Part shown: one piece after another, positions 29,779 to 39,054 of the stretch | How the letters are laid out: each line of letters opens with the position of its first letter | Numbering within the stretch: the first letter of the stretch is position 1 | Origin: Candidatus Lustribacter sp. | Lineage (GTDB): Bacteria > Vulcanimicrobiota > Vulcanimicrobiia > Vulcanimicrobiales > Vulcanimicrobiaceae | Direction of reading: 5' to 3' | NCBI GenBank assembly: GCA_965277805.1 | Contig: OZ255842.1 | Coordinates: 4,224,001 to 4,288,000, forward strand | Length of the DNA: 64,000 bases | The notes under the pieces: generated by a model | The model's input: the letters and a program-made list of their open reading frames with translations, nothing else | The model's database searches: none | What the model was told of the DNA's origin: nothing | Program-made: the position numbers and the translations under genes

Positions 29779-31015
29779 GGCGCGCAAAGACGACGGTCGC
29801 GTTGTGGCCGCCGAAACCGAAGCCGTTGGAGATCGCGACGTTCACTTGCGCGTCGCGCGCGACGTTCGGAACGTAATCGAGCCGGCATTCGGGATCCGGG
29901 AATTCGTAGTTGATCGTCGGCGGAAGGATGCCATGGTAGAGCGCGAGCGCGCACGCCGACGCTTCAACCGCACCGGCCGCGCCGAGCAAGTGCCCGTGCA
30001 TCGATTTGGTCGAACTGACCGCGAGCTTCGCCGCGTGCTCGCCGAACACGGTTTCGATCGCTTGCGATTCGGCGAGATCGCCGAGCGGCGTCGACGTGCC
30101 GTGCGCGTTGACGTAGCCGACGCGTTCTTTGCTGATGCCGCTGTTCACGAGGGCGCGTTCCATCGCCAAGATCACGCCTTGCGATGCGGGGTCGGGCTGC
30201 GCGATGTGATACGCGTCGCCCGATTGTCCGTAGCCCAAAACTTCGGCATAAATGCGCGCGCCGCGCGCCAGCGCGAACTCGCGTTCCTCCAGCACCAGTA
30301 TGGCCGAACCTTCGCCGAGCACGAAGCCGTCGCGCTGCAGATCGAACGGGCGGCTCGCGCGTTCGGGTTCGTCGTTGCGGCGCGAGAGCGCCTTCATCGA
30401 ATCGAAACCGCCCATCGCCGTCGGCATCACCGTCGCTTCGCTGCCGCCGGTGACGATCGCGATCGCTTGACCGAGCGCGATCTTATCGAACGCCACCGCA
30501 AACGCATCGTTAGAACTCGCGCACGCGCTGGCCACCGAAAACACCGGGCCGCGCAAACCGTGCGCCATCGAGATGTGCGCCGCCGCCGCATTCGACATCA
30601 GCATCGGCACGAAGAACGGCGAGATGCGATCCCAGGCGGTGTTGGGCGCCACCGCGACGACGGTGTCTTCAACCGTGATGATGCCGCCGATGCCGCTGGC
30701 CACGATCGAGCCGGTGCGCGCGCGCACGTCGGGGTCGGCCGGAAAGTTCGCATCGGCCAGCGCTTCGGCGGCCGCGACGACGGCGAAGTGCGCGTAGCGG
30801 TCCATGCGCCGCGCTTCCTTGCGTCCCAGCAACGCGTCGGCATCGAAGTTCTTGACCTCGGCCGCGATGTGGGTGTGCAACTTGGAAGAATCGTACGCGG
30901 TAATCAACGCCACGCCACTGCGCCCCGCTACGAGGGCTTCCCAAAAAGCGTCCCGCGTGTTGCCCAGTGGCGTAACCGCCCCGATCCCGGTAATGACGAC
31001 TCGCCGCTTCTCCAA
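29762..31015 (-). CDS. fabF: Beta-ketoacyl-ACP synthase II
   Basis: SACASS, SRPFD..RDGFVLGEG, NAHGTST, KSMHGHLLG, SNGFGFGGHN. Confidence 0.97.
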   Translation of the reverse strand: MEKRRVVITGIGAVTPLGNTRDAFWEALVAGRSGVALITAYDSSKLHTHIAAEVKNFDADALLGRKEARRMDRYAHFAVVAAAEALADANFPADPDVRARTGSIVASGIGGIITVEDTVVAVAPNTAWDRISPFFVPMLMSNAAAAHISMAHGLRGPVFSVASACASSNDAFAVAFDKIALGQAIAIVTGGSEATVMPTAMGGFDSMKALSRRNDEPERASRPFDLQRDGFVLGEGSAILVLEEREFALARGARIYAEVLGYGQSGDAYHIAQPDPASQGVILAMERALVNSGISKERVGYVNAHGTSTPLGDLAESQAIETVFGEHAAKLAVSSTKSMHGHLLGAAGAVEASACALALYHGILPPTINYEFPDPECRLDYVPNVARDAQVNVAISNGFGFGGHNATVVFARHVIPA

Positions 31016-31050
31016 AACGTGCGGGGATACGACGACTCCGCAGCGACCCC

Positions 31051-32451
31051 ATGCACATGCCCCGCTTCCCGTCCGGCCCCGGCACCCTCGAAGCGTTCCG
31101 CGGAATGCTCCCAGCGCGCGGAATGACCGGCTTTCCCGCTTTTTTCGAGCGCACGGCCGCCCGCTACGGGCCGATCGCCAGCTCCCGGATGGGCCGTAGC
31201 CGCTTCTACTACGTGAGCGAGCCGGCCGCGATCGAGGACGTGCTCGTGACCGCGGGGCGCTCCTACATCAAGGGGCGCGGCACCCAGCGGCTCGAGCGGC
31301 TGCTCGGGAAAGGGCTGCTGACCAGTAACGGCGCCCTGCACCTGCGCCAGCGCCGGCTGGTCCAGCCGGCCTTCCACCGGGAGCGGATCGCCGGCTACGC
31401 CGCGACCATGGTGGCGCGGGCCGAGCGTTTTGCCGAGGAACTGGCGCCGGACGAGCCGGTCGACATGGCGGCCGCCCTCGCGCGGCTGACCCTCGGCATC
31501 ACCGCGGAGACGCTCTTCGGAGCCGACGTCGACGATGACGCCGGCACCATCGGACGGGCCCTGAACGAGGCGATGGTGAGCTTCCCGATCTCGCTCACGC
31601 CCGTCGGCGAGCTGCTCGACCACCTGCCCTGGGTGCCCATCGTGCGGCGCTTCCTCGATGCCCGGGCGCAGTTGGACGCGATCGTCTACCGGCTGATCGA
31701 CGCGCGGCGCGCCGCGGATCGCCGGGCGGGCGGCAATGAGGCGCCGGACGTGCTCGGCATGTTGCTGGCGGCCGGCGACGCCGAGGGCGGCATGGGAATC
31801 GAGCAGATCCGCGACGAGGTGATGACGATCTTCCTGGCCGGCCACGAGACCACGGCCATGGCCCTGACCTGGACGTTTTGGCTGCTGGCGCAGCATCCGG
31901 ACGTCGAGACGCTCCTGCGGGCCGAGCTCGCGACCGTGCTCGCGGGCCGGTTGCCCACGGTCGGCGACGTGCCGGCGCTACGCTACACCCGCGACGTGAT
32001 CGCGGAGTCGATGCGCCTCTACCCGCCGGCCTGGATCCTCGGGCGGCGAGCCGTCGAGGACGCGCCGCTGGGCGAGTGGACGGTGCCGAAGGGCTCGATC
32101 GTGCTCATGAGCCAGTGGCTCACCCATCGCGATCCCCGCTTCTGGCCCGAAGCGGCAGCGTTCCGCCCGGAGCGCTGGTCGACCGGCGAGACCGCCCATC
32201 TGCCGAAATTCGCCTACTTCCCCTTCGGGGGCGGCAATCGGGTCTGCATCGGCGAGGCCTTCGCCTGGACCGAACTGATCCTGGTCCTGGCCACGATCGC
32301 TCGCCGCTGGAGCTTCACCCCCACCCCCGGCTCGCAAGCCCTCGGCCCCCAGCCCTCGGTCACCCTGAGGCCCGCCGGCCCGGTCGTCTTGGCACCCCGA
32401 GCTTGTCGAGGGGCAGCGGTTATCGGCAAGCTTGGCGGCGGCAGCCCCTGA
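31051..32451 (+). CDS. Cytochrome P450
   Basis: AGHETT (I-helix), ESMR (ExxR), FRPERW, FPFGGGNRVCIG heme-binding motif. Confidence 0.95.
   Translation: MHMPRFPSGPGTLEAFRGMLPARGMTGFPAFFERTAARYGPIASSRMGRSRFYYVSEPAAIEDVLVTAGRSYIKGRGTQRLERLLGKGLLTSNGALHLRQRRLVQPAFHRERIAGYAATMVARAERFAEELAPDEPVDMAAALARLTLGITAETLFGADVDDDAGTIGRALNEAMVSFPISLTPVGELLDHLPWVPIVRRFLDARAQLDAIVYRLIDARRAADRRAGGNEAPDVLGMLLAAGDAEGGMGIEQIRDEVMTIFLAGHETTAMALTWTFWLLAQHPDVETLLRAELATVLAGRLPTVGDVPALRYTRDVIAESMRLYPPAWILGRRAVEDAPLGEWTVPKGSIVLMSQWLTHRDPRFWPEAAAFRPERWSTGETAHLPKFAYFPFGGGNRVCIGEAFAWTELILVLATIARRWSFTPTPGSQALGPQPSVTLRPAGPVVLAPRACRGAAVIGKLGGGSP
32391..32413. repeat. REP-like repeat family A copy 2 (inverted), inside the 3' end of the P450 ORF
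   Basis: GGCACCCCGAGCTTGTCGAGGGG is the reverse complement of the 6668 element with few substitutions. Confidence 0.65.
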
Positions 32452-32490
32452 CAGCACGGAGTGACGAAACTTGTCGTCGGACCGCCGTCC

Positions 32491-32499
32491 TGGTATACT
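32491..32499 (+). promoter_or_regulatory. Extended -10 promoter element (TGgTATACT) of rpmA
   Basis: TG-n-TATACT 9 nt upstream of the ATG; no Shine-Dalgarno. Confidence 0.6.
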
Positions 32500-32508
32500 C
32501 CCTTGGCT

Positions 32509-32787
32509 ATGTTCAAATTTGATCTGCAGCTGTTCGCGTCCAAGAAGGGCGCCGGCTCGACGCGGAACGGCCGCGACTCGAACGCGCAGCGTCTGGGCGT
32601 GAAGCGCTTCGGCGGCCAGGCCGTCGTGCCGGGCAACATCATCATCCGTCAGCGCGGGACGAAGTTCTATCCGGGCGTCGGCGTCATGATGGGCAAAGAC
32701 CACACGATCTTCGCGATCGTTGAAGGTCAGGTCAGCTTCACGACCTCGCGGAACCGCAAGCATATCAACGTTATCGCGGCCGGCTAG
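32509..32787 (+). CDS. rpmA: 50S ribosomal protein L27 (with N-terminal extension)
   Basis: [32 protein letters not shown]...RQRGTK. Confidence 0.97.
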   Translation: MFKFDLQLFASKKGAGSTRNGRDSNAQRLGVKRFGGQAVVPGNIIIRQRGTKFYPGVGVMMGKDHTIFAIVEGQVSFTTSRNRKHINVIAAG

Positions 32788-32788
32788 T

Positions 32789-32851
32789 GGATTATCGGCA
32801 GCCTTCGCTGCCGCTAATCCTTCGCGTTTGGGTGCTCCGCACCCAAGCCGC
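32789..32851 (+). repeat. Two-hairpin structured element, family B copy 1
   Basis: GGATT-[stem]-AATCC-TTC-GCGTT-[stem]-AGCCGC scaffold, shared with 42153-42200 and 60068-60115. Confidence 0.75.
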
Positions 32852-32856
32852 ACCTT

Positions 32857-32885
32857 GAGAGCCGAAGGGCTCTCTTTCATTTTTT
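32857..32885 (+). terminator. Intrinsic terminator-like hairpin between rpmA and obgE
   Basis: GAGAGCC-GAAG-GGCTCTC followed by TTTCATTTTTT. Confidence 0.6.
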
Positions 32886-32886
32886 G

Positions 32887-34164
32887 ATGCAATTTATCGA
32901 CGAAGCAGCGATCACGCTCGAAGCCGGCAACGGCGGCGACGGCATCATCGCGTGGCGGCGTGAGAAATACGTGCCGAAAGGCGGCCCGGCCGGCGGCGAC
33001 GGCGGACGCGGCGGCGACGTGTTTCTCGAAGCGACGCCCAACGTCGGCACGCTGGTCGATTTCCGTTTCAAGAAAGTCTTCCGCGCCGATTCCGGCAACG
33101 CGGGTTCGCAAAACAACAAGTCGGGCAAAGCCGGCGACGATCTGATCATCCCGGTGCCGGTCGGAACGCTCGTGTATCGCGCGCCGATCGATGCCGAGGG
33201 CGTTGCCGGCGTGGAACGGCTCTTCGCCGACATGAGTGAGCCGATGCAGCGCACGCTCGTCGCGAAAGGCGGCCGCGGCGGTCTCGGCAATCAGCACTAC
33301 GCTACGTCCGCGCGCCAAGCGCCGCACTTCGCGGAAAAAGGCGACAAGGGCGAACGCTGCACGCTGCGTCTCGAATTGAAGCTGCTCGCCGACGCCGGTT
33401 TGATCGGGCTGCCGAACGCGGGCAAGTCGACGCTGCTCTCGGTCGTCTCGGCGGCGCGGCCGAAGATCGCCGACTATCCGTTCACCACGCTCGAACCGCA
33501 ACTCGGCGTCGTGCGCATCGATGAAGAATCGTCGTTCGTTCTCGTCGACGTCCCCGGTTTGATCGAAGGCGCGAGCGAAGGCGCCGGGCTCGGCGACCGT
33601 TTCTTGCGCCACGTCGAGCGCACGCGCGTGCTGATCCACTTGATGGACGGCGCGAAACCGCTCGACGAACTGCTCGCCGACAAAACGATCATCGAAAACG
33701 AACTCGCCGCGTGGAATCCCGCGCTGCCGCACAAGCCGACGATGCTCGTCGTCACCAAACTCGATTTGCCCGACGCGCGCGCGACCTTCGAAGTGTTGCG
33801 CGAACAGTTTTCCGGCGTGCGCGGCATTTCGGCCGCCACCAACGAGGGCGTGCGCGAGCTGATGTATGCGGCGTGGGAAATCATTCGCGCGCTGCCGCCG
33901 CCCGACGTGTCCGCGCCGGAATCCGCCGTGCACGATCTGCGCCCCGACGAACCGTTCGAAATTCGCGTGGAAGACGGCATCTACGTCGTCAGCGGAGATC
34001 GCGTGGAGCGGCTCGCGCAGATGACGGATTTCGAGTCCGACGAAGCTCTGGCGCGCTTCGAGCAGATCCTCTCGAAGATGGGCGTCACGAAGAAGTTGCG
34101 CGAATTGGGCGTGCACGACGGCGATACGGTGCGGATCGCAGGCGTGGAGTTCGACTACAGTTGA
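32887..34164 (+). CDS. obgE: GTPase ObgE/CgtA
   Basis: Gly-rich Obg fold, GLPNAGKST, YPFTTL, DVPG, TKLD, C-terminal OCT domain. Confidence 0.97.
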   Translation: MQFIDEAAITLEAGNGGDGIIAWRREKYVPKGGPAGGDGGRGGDVFLEATPNVGTLVDFRFKKVFRADSGNAGSQNNKSGKAGDDLIIPVPVGTLVYRAPIDAEGVAGVERLFADMSEPMQRTLVAKGGRGGLGNQHYATSARQAPHFAEKGDKGERCTLRLELKLLADAGLIGLPNAGKSTLLSVVSAARPKIADYPFTTLEPQLGVVRIDEESSFVLVDVPGLIEGASEGAGLGDRFLRHVERTRVLIHLMDGAKPLDELLADKTIIENELAAWNPALPHKPTMLVVTKLDLPDARATFEVLREQFSGVRGISAATNEGVRELMYAAWEIIRALPPPDVSAPESAVHDLRPDEPFEIRVEDGIYVVSGDRVERLAQMTDFESDEALARFEQILSKMGVTKKLRELGVHDGDTVRIAGVEFDYS

Positions 34165-34760
34165 GCCTCGGGATCTTCGGCGGCTCGTTCGACCCGGTCC
34201 ACAACGGGCACCTCTTCGTCGCCGAAGCGGTGCGTGAGGCGTGCGGTTTGGAGCGCGTGCTGTTCGTGCCGACGCGTCAAGCAAACCATCGCGCGAATCC
34301 GCTCTCCGCATCGGCACTCGCGCGCGCCGACATGATCCGTCTGGCCATCGCCGCCAACACGGCGTTCGCACTTGATGAAACCGACATGGCCGACGACGCG
34401 ACCGGGTTCACCGCCGATCTTTTGCCGCGTCTCGCCCAACGCTATCCCGCTGAAGAGCTGACGTTCATCGTCGGCGGCGATTCGCTCGTGCACTCGCACT
34501 GGGAGCGGCTCGATGCGATCCTCGACCAGCTCGGCGCATTCGTCATTGCGCCGCGCGGCGACGTCACGCAAACCGAACTCGACGCGGCCCTCGCCGGACT
34601 GGAACCCGTCCGGCGCGCAAAGATCCGCTATCTCGACCTGCCGCTCGTGGCCGAGTCGGCAACGTTGATTCGCGCGCGCTTGGCCGACCGGCGCAGCGTG
34701 CGTTATCTCGTTCCAGAACCGGTCTTCCGCTACATCAAGGAACACGGACTCTATCAATGA
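34161..34760 (+). CDS. nadD: Nicotinate-nucleotide adenylyltransferase
   Basis: GIFGGSFDPVHNGH, FIVGGDS, SATLIR, YLVP..V..YI...LY. TTG start overlapping the obgE stop. Confidence 0.93.
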   Translation: MSLGIFGGSFDPVHNGHLFVAEAVREACGLERVLFVPTRQANHRANPLSASALARADMIRLAIAANTAFALDETDMADDATGFTADLLPRLAQRYPAEELTFIVGGDSLVHSHWERLDAILDQLGAFVIAPRGDVTQTELDAALAGLEPVRRAKIRYLDLPLVAESATLIRARLADRRSVRYLVPEPVFRYIKEHGLYQ

Positions 34761-35980
34761 TCGATGGCGCAATCGGCGGCGTGCCCGCACGCGAACTCGC
34801 CGCTAGCTACGGCACGCCGCTGGTCGTAATCGACACCGAAAGCGTGGATCTCGAGATCGACGCGTACGTGCGCGCGTTCGCATCGCGCGGCATCGCGGTC
34901 GGTTATGCCGCCAAAGCGTTTCTCGTTACGGCGATGGCCGAGCTGCTGGCGGCCACGCCGTTGCGGCTCGACGTGTGCTCGCTCGGTGAGCTGATCACCG
35001 GCGAACGCGGCGGATTCCCCGCCGGCCGCATGTATTTTCACGGCGTCGCGAAGACCGCAGCCGAACTGCGAGCGATTGCCGACGGACGCGTGGCGTTCGG
35101 CGTGATCGATAACGCCGAAGAGATGGAGCGGCTTGCACTCTTGGCGAGCGCGCAAGCGCCGGTCAATGTGATGCTGCGGATCAACACCGGCATCGAAGCG
35201 CACACGCACGAGTTCATTCGCACCGGCGGCGAAAATACGAAGTTCGGTATTCCCGAGCGCGAGGCGCACGACGCGATCCGGCGCATCGCGGCGCTGCCGC
35301 AATTACGGCTGATCGGCCTGCACTCGCACGTCGGCTCGCAGATCGTCGACGTCGAACCGCTGGTCGCCAATCTCAGTGCACTGCTGCCCTACGCCGACGC
35401 CGCGCGCGCGCTCGGACTGCCGGTCGAGGAACTGAATCTGGGCGGCGGCATCGGGATCGAAAACGCGCCCGGCGACCCTCGCCCGATCGACCTCGAGGCC
35501 TTCGCCGAGCGGCTCGCGACCCGGGCTGCCGGCACGCCCTATCGGCTCGCGATCGAACCCGGCCGGGCCCTCGTGGCGCGGGCCGGCAGCCTGCTCTACC
35601 GGGTGATCACGGTCAAACGCCAGGGCGCGCGGCGCTTCGTCGTCGTCGACGGCGGCATGACCGACAACCCCCGGCCGCTGCTCTACGGTGCCCACCACCC
35701 GGCCGACCTCATCGCTTCGGACGCGAATGGCCGCCCGGCCCCCGCGACGCTGGCCGGGCGGTCGTGTGAAAACGACGAGATCGGCGAATACGAGCTCCCC
35801 GAGGACGTCCGCGCCGGCGACTTGGTCGCTATGCGCTATACGGGCGCCTACACGTTCAGCATGTCGAGCAACTACAACCGCTTCGGCAAACCGGCCGTGG
35901 TGTTCGTCCGGGATGGTACGCACCGGCGCGTGGTGCGCGGTGAATCCGAGGAAGAAACGTCGCGCTTCGATCTTGCGTAA
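34757..35980 (+). CDS. lysA: Diaminopimelate decarboxylase
   Basis: YAAKAF, KFG, HSHVGSQI, EPGR, CENDE, GAY..SMSSNYN. Confidence 0.93.
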   Translation: MIDGAIGGVPARELAASYGTPLVVIDTESVDLEIDAYVRAFASRGIAVGYAAKAFLVTAMAELLAATPLRLDVCSLGELITGERGGFPAGRMYFHGVAKTAAELRAIADGRVAFGVIDNAEEMERLALLASAQAPVNVMLRINTGIEAHTHEFIRTGGENTKFGIPEREAHDAIRRIAALPQLRLIGLHSHVGSQIVDVEPLVANLSALLPYADAARALGLPVEELNLGGGIGIENAPGDPRPIDLEAFAERLATRAAGTPYRLAIEPGRALVARAGSLLYRVITVKRQGARRFVVVDGGMTDNPRPLLYGAHHPADLIASDANGRPAPATLAGRSCENDEIGEYELPEDVRAGDLVAMRYTGAYTFSMSSNYNRFGKPAVVFVRDGTHRRVVRGESEEETSRFDLA

Positions 35981-36013
35981 AAGATGACGGCGCAAACAAT
36001 TTTGCACCATTGC

Positions 36014-36043
36014 TTGCGCTGTCTAAGAATCGCCGACTAGAAT
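36014..36043 (+). promoter_or_regulatory. Sigma70-type promoter for maf-mreBCD-mrdA
   Basis: TTGCGC-N18-TAGAAT. The -35 lies in the right arm of an imperfect 15-bp inverted repeat (35986-36023). Confidence 0.5.
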
Positions 36044-36079
36044 CGCAGTATCGCAAACGAACGCACCGATCTCGAGACC

Positions 36080-36670
36080 GTGGGGCTCGCGAGTGCGTCG
36101 CCCCGGCGACGTGAATTGCTGTTATCGCTCGGTCTCGACGTCGAACTCATCCCGACGTCATACGACGAAGTCCCGTTAGCCGGCCGCTCCCCGATTGAGA
36201 CGGCCCTGGTTCATGCGCGGGGCAAAGTCGCCGGCGCGGCGCCGTCGGCCTACCTGACGATCGGGGCGGATACGGTCGTCGACCTCGACGGCCAAACGCT
36301 CGGCAAGCCGCATAGCGACGATCATGCTCGGGAAATGCTGGCCGCGCTCAGCGGCCGCACCCACGAAGTCCACACGGCGTTTGCCCTGCGCGAGCCCGCC
36401 GGCCGCATCGCGGTCGTCGAGGCCGTCAGCACCCGCGTGCGTTTTGCCGAGCTCGACCGGGCCACGATCGACGCCTACGTCGCCAGCGGCGACGGGCGCG
36501 ACAAGGCCGGCTCTTACGGAATCCAGGGCTTCGCCGCAACGCTTGTCGAGCGCATCGACGGCGACTACTTCACCGTGGTGGGCTTTCCGCTCGGCGCCTT
36601 CGCCCGCGCGGTTGCGCGCCTAGGCTTCCGCCTGCTGCCTCGCCCCTCGCTCGCGGGGAACCTCGCGTGA
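36080..36670 (+). CDS. maf: Maf family nucleoside triphosphate pyrophosphatase
   Basis: LASASPRR, GADTVV, GKP, LSGRTH.V, DKAGSYGIQG. Confidence 0.93.
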   Translation: MGLASASPRRRELLLSLGLDVELIPTSYDEVPLAGRSPIETALVHARGKVAGAAPSAYLTIGADTVVDLDGQTLGKPHSDDHAREMLAALSGRTHEVHTAFALREPAGRIAVVEAVSTRVRFAELDRATIDAYVASGDGRDKAGSYGIQGFAATLVERIDGDYFTVVGFPLGAFARAVARLGFRLLPRPSLAGNLA

Positions 36671-37758
36671 GCATTTCGTCCTCGCTGCGGTCGACGATCA
36701 GCCCCGACATCGGCATCGACCTCGGCACCGCCAACACCGTCATCTACGATCGCGATGCCGGCATCCTCGTCAGCGAACCGTCGGTCGTCGCATTTCAACG
36801 CAGCGACCGTTCGGTTGTCGCGGTCGGCAATGCCGCCAAAGTGCTCGACGGCCGCGCGCCCGGCCGCATCGACGTGGTCCGGCCGCTCCGGGGCGGCACG
36901 ATTTCCGATTTCGTCGGCGCGCACACGCTGATCACGACGATGATCGACCGGGCCCTGGCTGCCCGGCCGCGGATCGCGCCGCGCATCATCGCTTGCGTGC
37001 CGGGCTGCGCGACCGACATCGAGTGCAAAGCGATCGAAGAGGCCGTTCACGCGGCCGGTCCCCGCACGACGATCTTCGTGCCGCAGGCCGTTGCCGCGGC
37101 CATCGGTGCCGGGCTTGACGTGACGAGCACCCGCGGCCGCATGGTGATCGACATCGGCGGCGGCACGACCGAGATCGCCGTGCTCGCGCTGAGCGGCATC
37201 GTCGCGATGCATTCGATCAAGATCGGCGGCGACACGTTCGACGCCGCCGTCAGCGCGAAGCTGCGCAACGACGAGCGTTTTTCGGTCGGCATCTTAACGG
37301 CCGAGCGGCTGAAGATCGAACGCGGCTACGCCGGGCGGCCGCCCGGACGCGAGCCGTATTCCGTGTCGGGTATCGACATGAATCTCATGCGTCCCGGACG
37401 ACGCGACGTCGACGAGCGGCTCGTCGGCGAAGCGATGCACGACGCGATCGATGCGATCGTGCGCGCGGCTTGGTCGATCCTTGAAGCGACCCCGCCGGAC
37501 CTCGCCGCCGACTTGATGGAAACCGGTATTACGCTGACCGGCGGCGGCGCGCTGATTCCGGGACTCGCAGGCGAGATAAGTGTCCGCACGAACGTTCCGA
37601 CAACGGTTGCGGACGAACCGCTTCTTGCCGTCGCGCGGGGCGCCGGCGAAATTCTCGCGTCGCCGAGCCTGCTCGAGCACATGCGTCCGCATGCCGACCG
37701 GCTGACGAGGTGGTACCAATCTTTACGTATCGGGATGACAGAAAGCTTTTCGCGGTAG
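36667..37758 (+). CDS. mreB: Rod shape-determining protein MreB (divergent)
   Basis: GIDLGTANT, EPSVVA, DIGGGTTE, AERLKI, LTGGGAL; upstream of mreCD. Confidence 0.88.
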   Translation: MSISSSLRSTISPDIGIDLGTANTVIYDRDAGILVSEPSVVAFQRSDRSVVAVGNAAKVLDGRAPGRIDVVRPLRGGTISDFVGAHTLITTMIDRALAARPRIAPRIIACVPGCATDIECKAIEEAVHAAGPRTTIFVPQAVAAAIGAGLDVTSTRGRMVIDIGGGTTEIAVLALSGIVAMHSIKIGGDTFDAAVSAKLRNDERFSVGILTAERLKIERGYAGRPPGREPYSVSGIDMNLMRPGRRDVDERLVGEAMHDAIDAIVRAAWSILEATPPDLAADLMETGITLTGGGALIPGLAGEISVRTNVPTTVADEPLLAVARGAGEILASPSLLEHMRPHADRLTRWYQSLRIGMTESFSR

Positions 37759-38528
37759 CCGGCGCGATTATCGTCGCCGCACTGCTTCTGCTTCTGCAAC
37801 TCGATTTTACCCGCGCCGGCCGCGCCAGCCCGCTCACCGTCGTCATCACCACCGTTACGGCGTGGGCGCAACTCGCAACGTCGTTCGTCACGAACGGCAC
37901 GCGCGACGGCATCGGAGCGGTCGTCAACGCGCCGCAACTGGCGCGCGAAAACGCGGCTCTGCAAACCAGCGTCGCGCAATTGACCGATGAGAACCGTAAG
38001 CTGACCGAAACGCTCGCTCGCGTTCCCGCCGAAGCAGCGCTCGCGCGCGCGCAGATGAGCTACCCGAACGGCATTCCGGCGAGCGTGATCGGCTTCGATC
38101 CGGAGAACGCGCTGCACGAGATCACGATCGATCGCGGCGCCAAAGATCATCTGCACACCGACGACGGCGTGATGACCGGCGACGGCGTCGTCGGGCGCGT
38201 GGTCGAAGTCGATCCGCTCTCGTCGAAGGTGCTGCTGATCAACGATCCGACCAGCCGGCTCACCGCGCAAGTGCAGCGCGGCCGCTGGTGGGCGATCGCG
38301 GTCGGCACGCTCACGCGCGTCAAACTGCGCTACATCTCGCAGGACGCGAAGCTGCACGTCGGTCAGGAAGTCGTCACCGGCGAAGGCCGCTCGTTTCGCG
38401 CCGGGGTTCCGATCGGCCGCATCCTAACGCTCGAGCCGATGAACGCCGGGGCGCTCGATCAGTCCGCGATCGTCGAGCCGGCGGTGAACCTCTCGGCCCT
38501 CACACGGGTGCTCGTTGTTCAGAAGTAG
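37710..38528 (+). CDS. mreC: Rod shape-determining protein MreC
   Basis: TM helix, coiled coil, ITIDRG, GVVGRV, SKVLLI.D, G.PIG. Confidence 0.9.
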   Translation: MVPIFTYRDDRKLFAVAGAIIVAALLLLLQLDFTRAGRASPLTVVITTVTAWAQLATSFVTNGTRDGIGAVVNAPQLARENAALQTSVAQLTDENRKLTETLARVPAEAALARAQMSYPNGIPASVIGFDPENALHEITIDRGAKDHLHTDDGVMTGDGVVGRVVEVDPLSSKVLLINDPTSRLTAQVQRGRWWAIAVGTLTRVKLRYISQDAKLHVGQEVVTGEGRSFRAGVPIGRILTLEPMNAGALDQSAIVEPAVNLSALTRVLVVQK

Positions 38529-39054
38529 CTATCGGTCGATCGAAATCGTTAGCGGTCCCTCGTTCTGGCGTGCCGCCGGCTGCGTGGCGCTCGGCTTGTT
38601 CGTGCAGACGGTGTTCGCGCCGCTGCTCGTCGTGCGCGGCGGCATTCCGTCGTTCGTCACGATCGCGGTCGTGCTCTACGCGCTGCGTTTGGGTGCCCGG
38701 CGCGGTGCGCTGTTGGGCCTCGTCGCGGGCGTCTTGACCGATGCGGTGGCCGGGACCGGCGGTGCGTGGACGCTCGCGTATACGCTGCTGGCGCTGGTGT
38801 GCGGCGGCATCACGCGCGGCTTTTTTGCCGACGGCGTCGTGCTGCCGAGCTTGTTCGTCGGTGCGGCGGTCATCGTACGCAGCGCACTGTTCTGGTTCAT
38901 CATGTCTACTGAGGGCTATCCGCGCGGCTACGGTGGGGTGCACTTGCACGCTGCGCTCGAATCGGGCGTGCTGACGGCCGTTTACGCGTTCGTCTATCTG
39001 TTATTCCGCTCGCGCTTCGGCGGCGAACCGACCCGCATCGAACGCTACGCGTGA
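38515..39054 (+). CDS. mreD: Rod shape-determining protein MreD
   Basis: Hydrophobic, G...GL.AG.L.D pattern; lies between mreC and mrdA. Start uncertain. Confidence 0.8.
   Translation: MFRSSYRSIEIVSGPSFWRAAGCVALGLFVQTVFAPLLVVRGGIPSFVTIAVVLYALRLGARRGALLGLVAGVLTDAVAGTGGAWTLAYTLLALVCGGITRGFFADGVVLPSLFVGAAVIVRSALFWFIMSTEGYPRGYGGVHLHAALESGVLTAVYAFVYLLFRSRFGGEPTRIERYA

Noticed and set aside
31978-34371. 797-aa minus-strand ORF
   Set aside because: Antisense shadow of P450/rpmA/obgE in high-GC DNA; no recognisable motifs.
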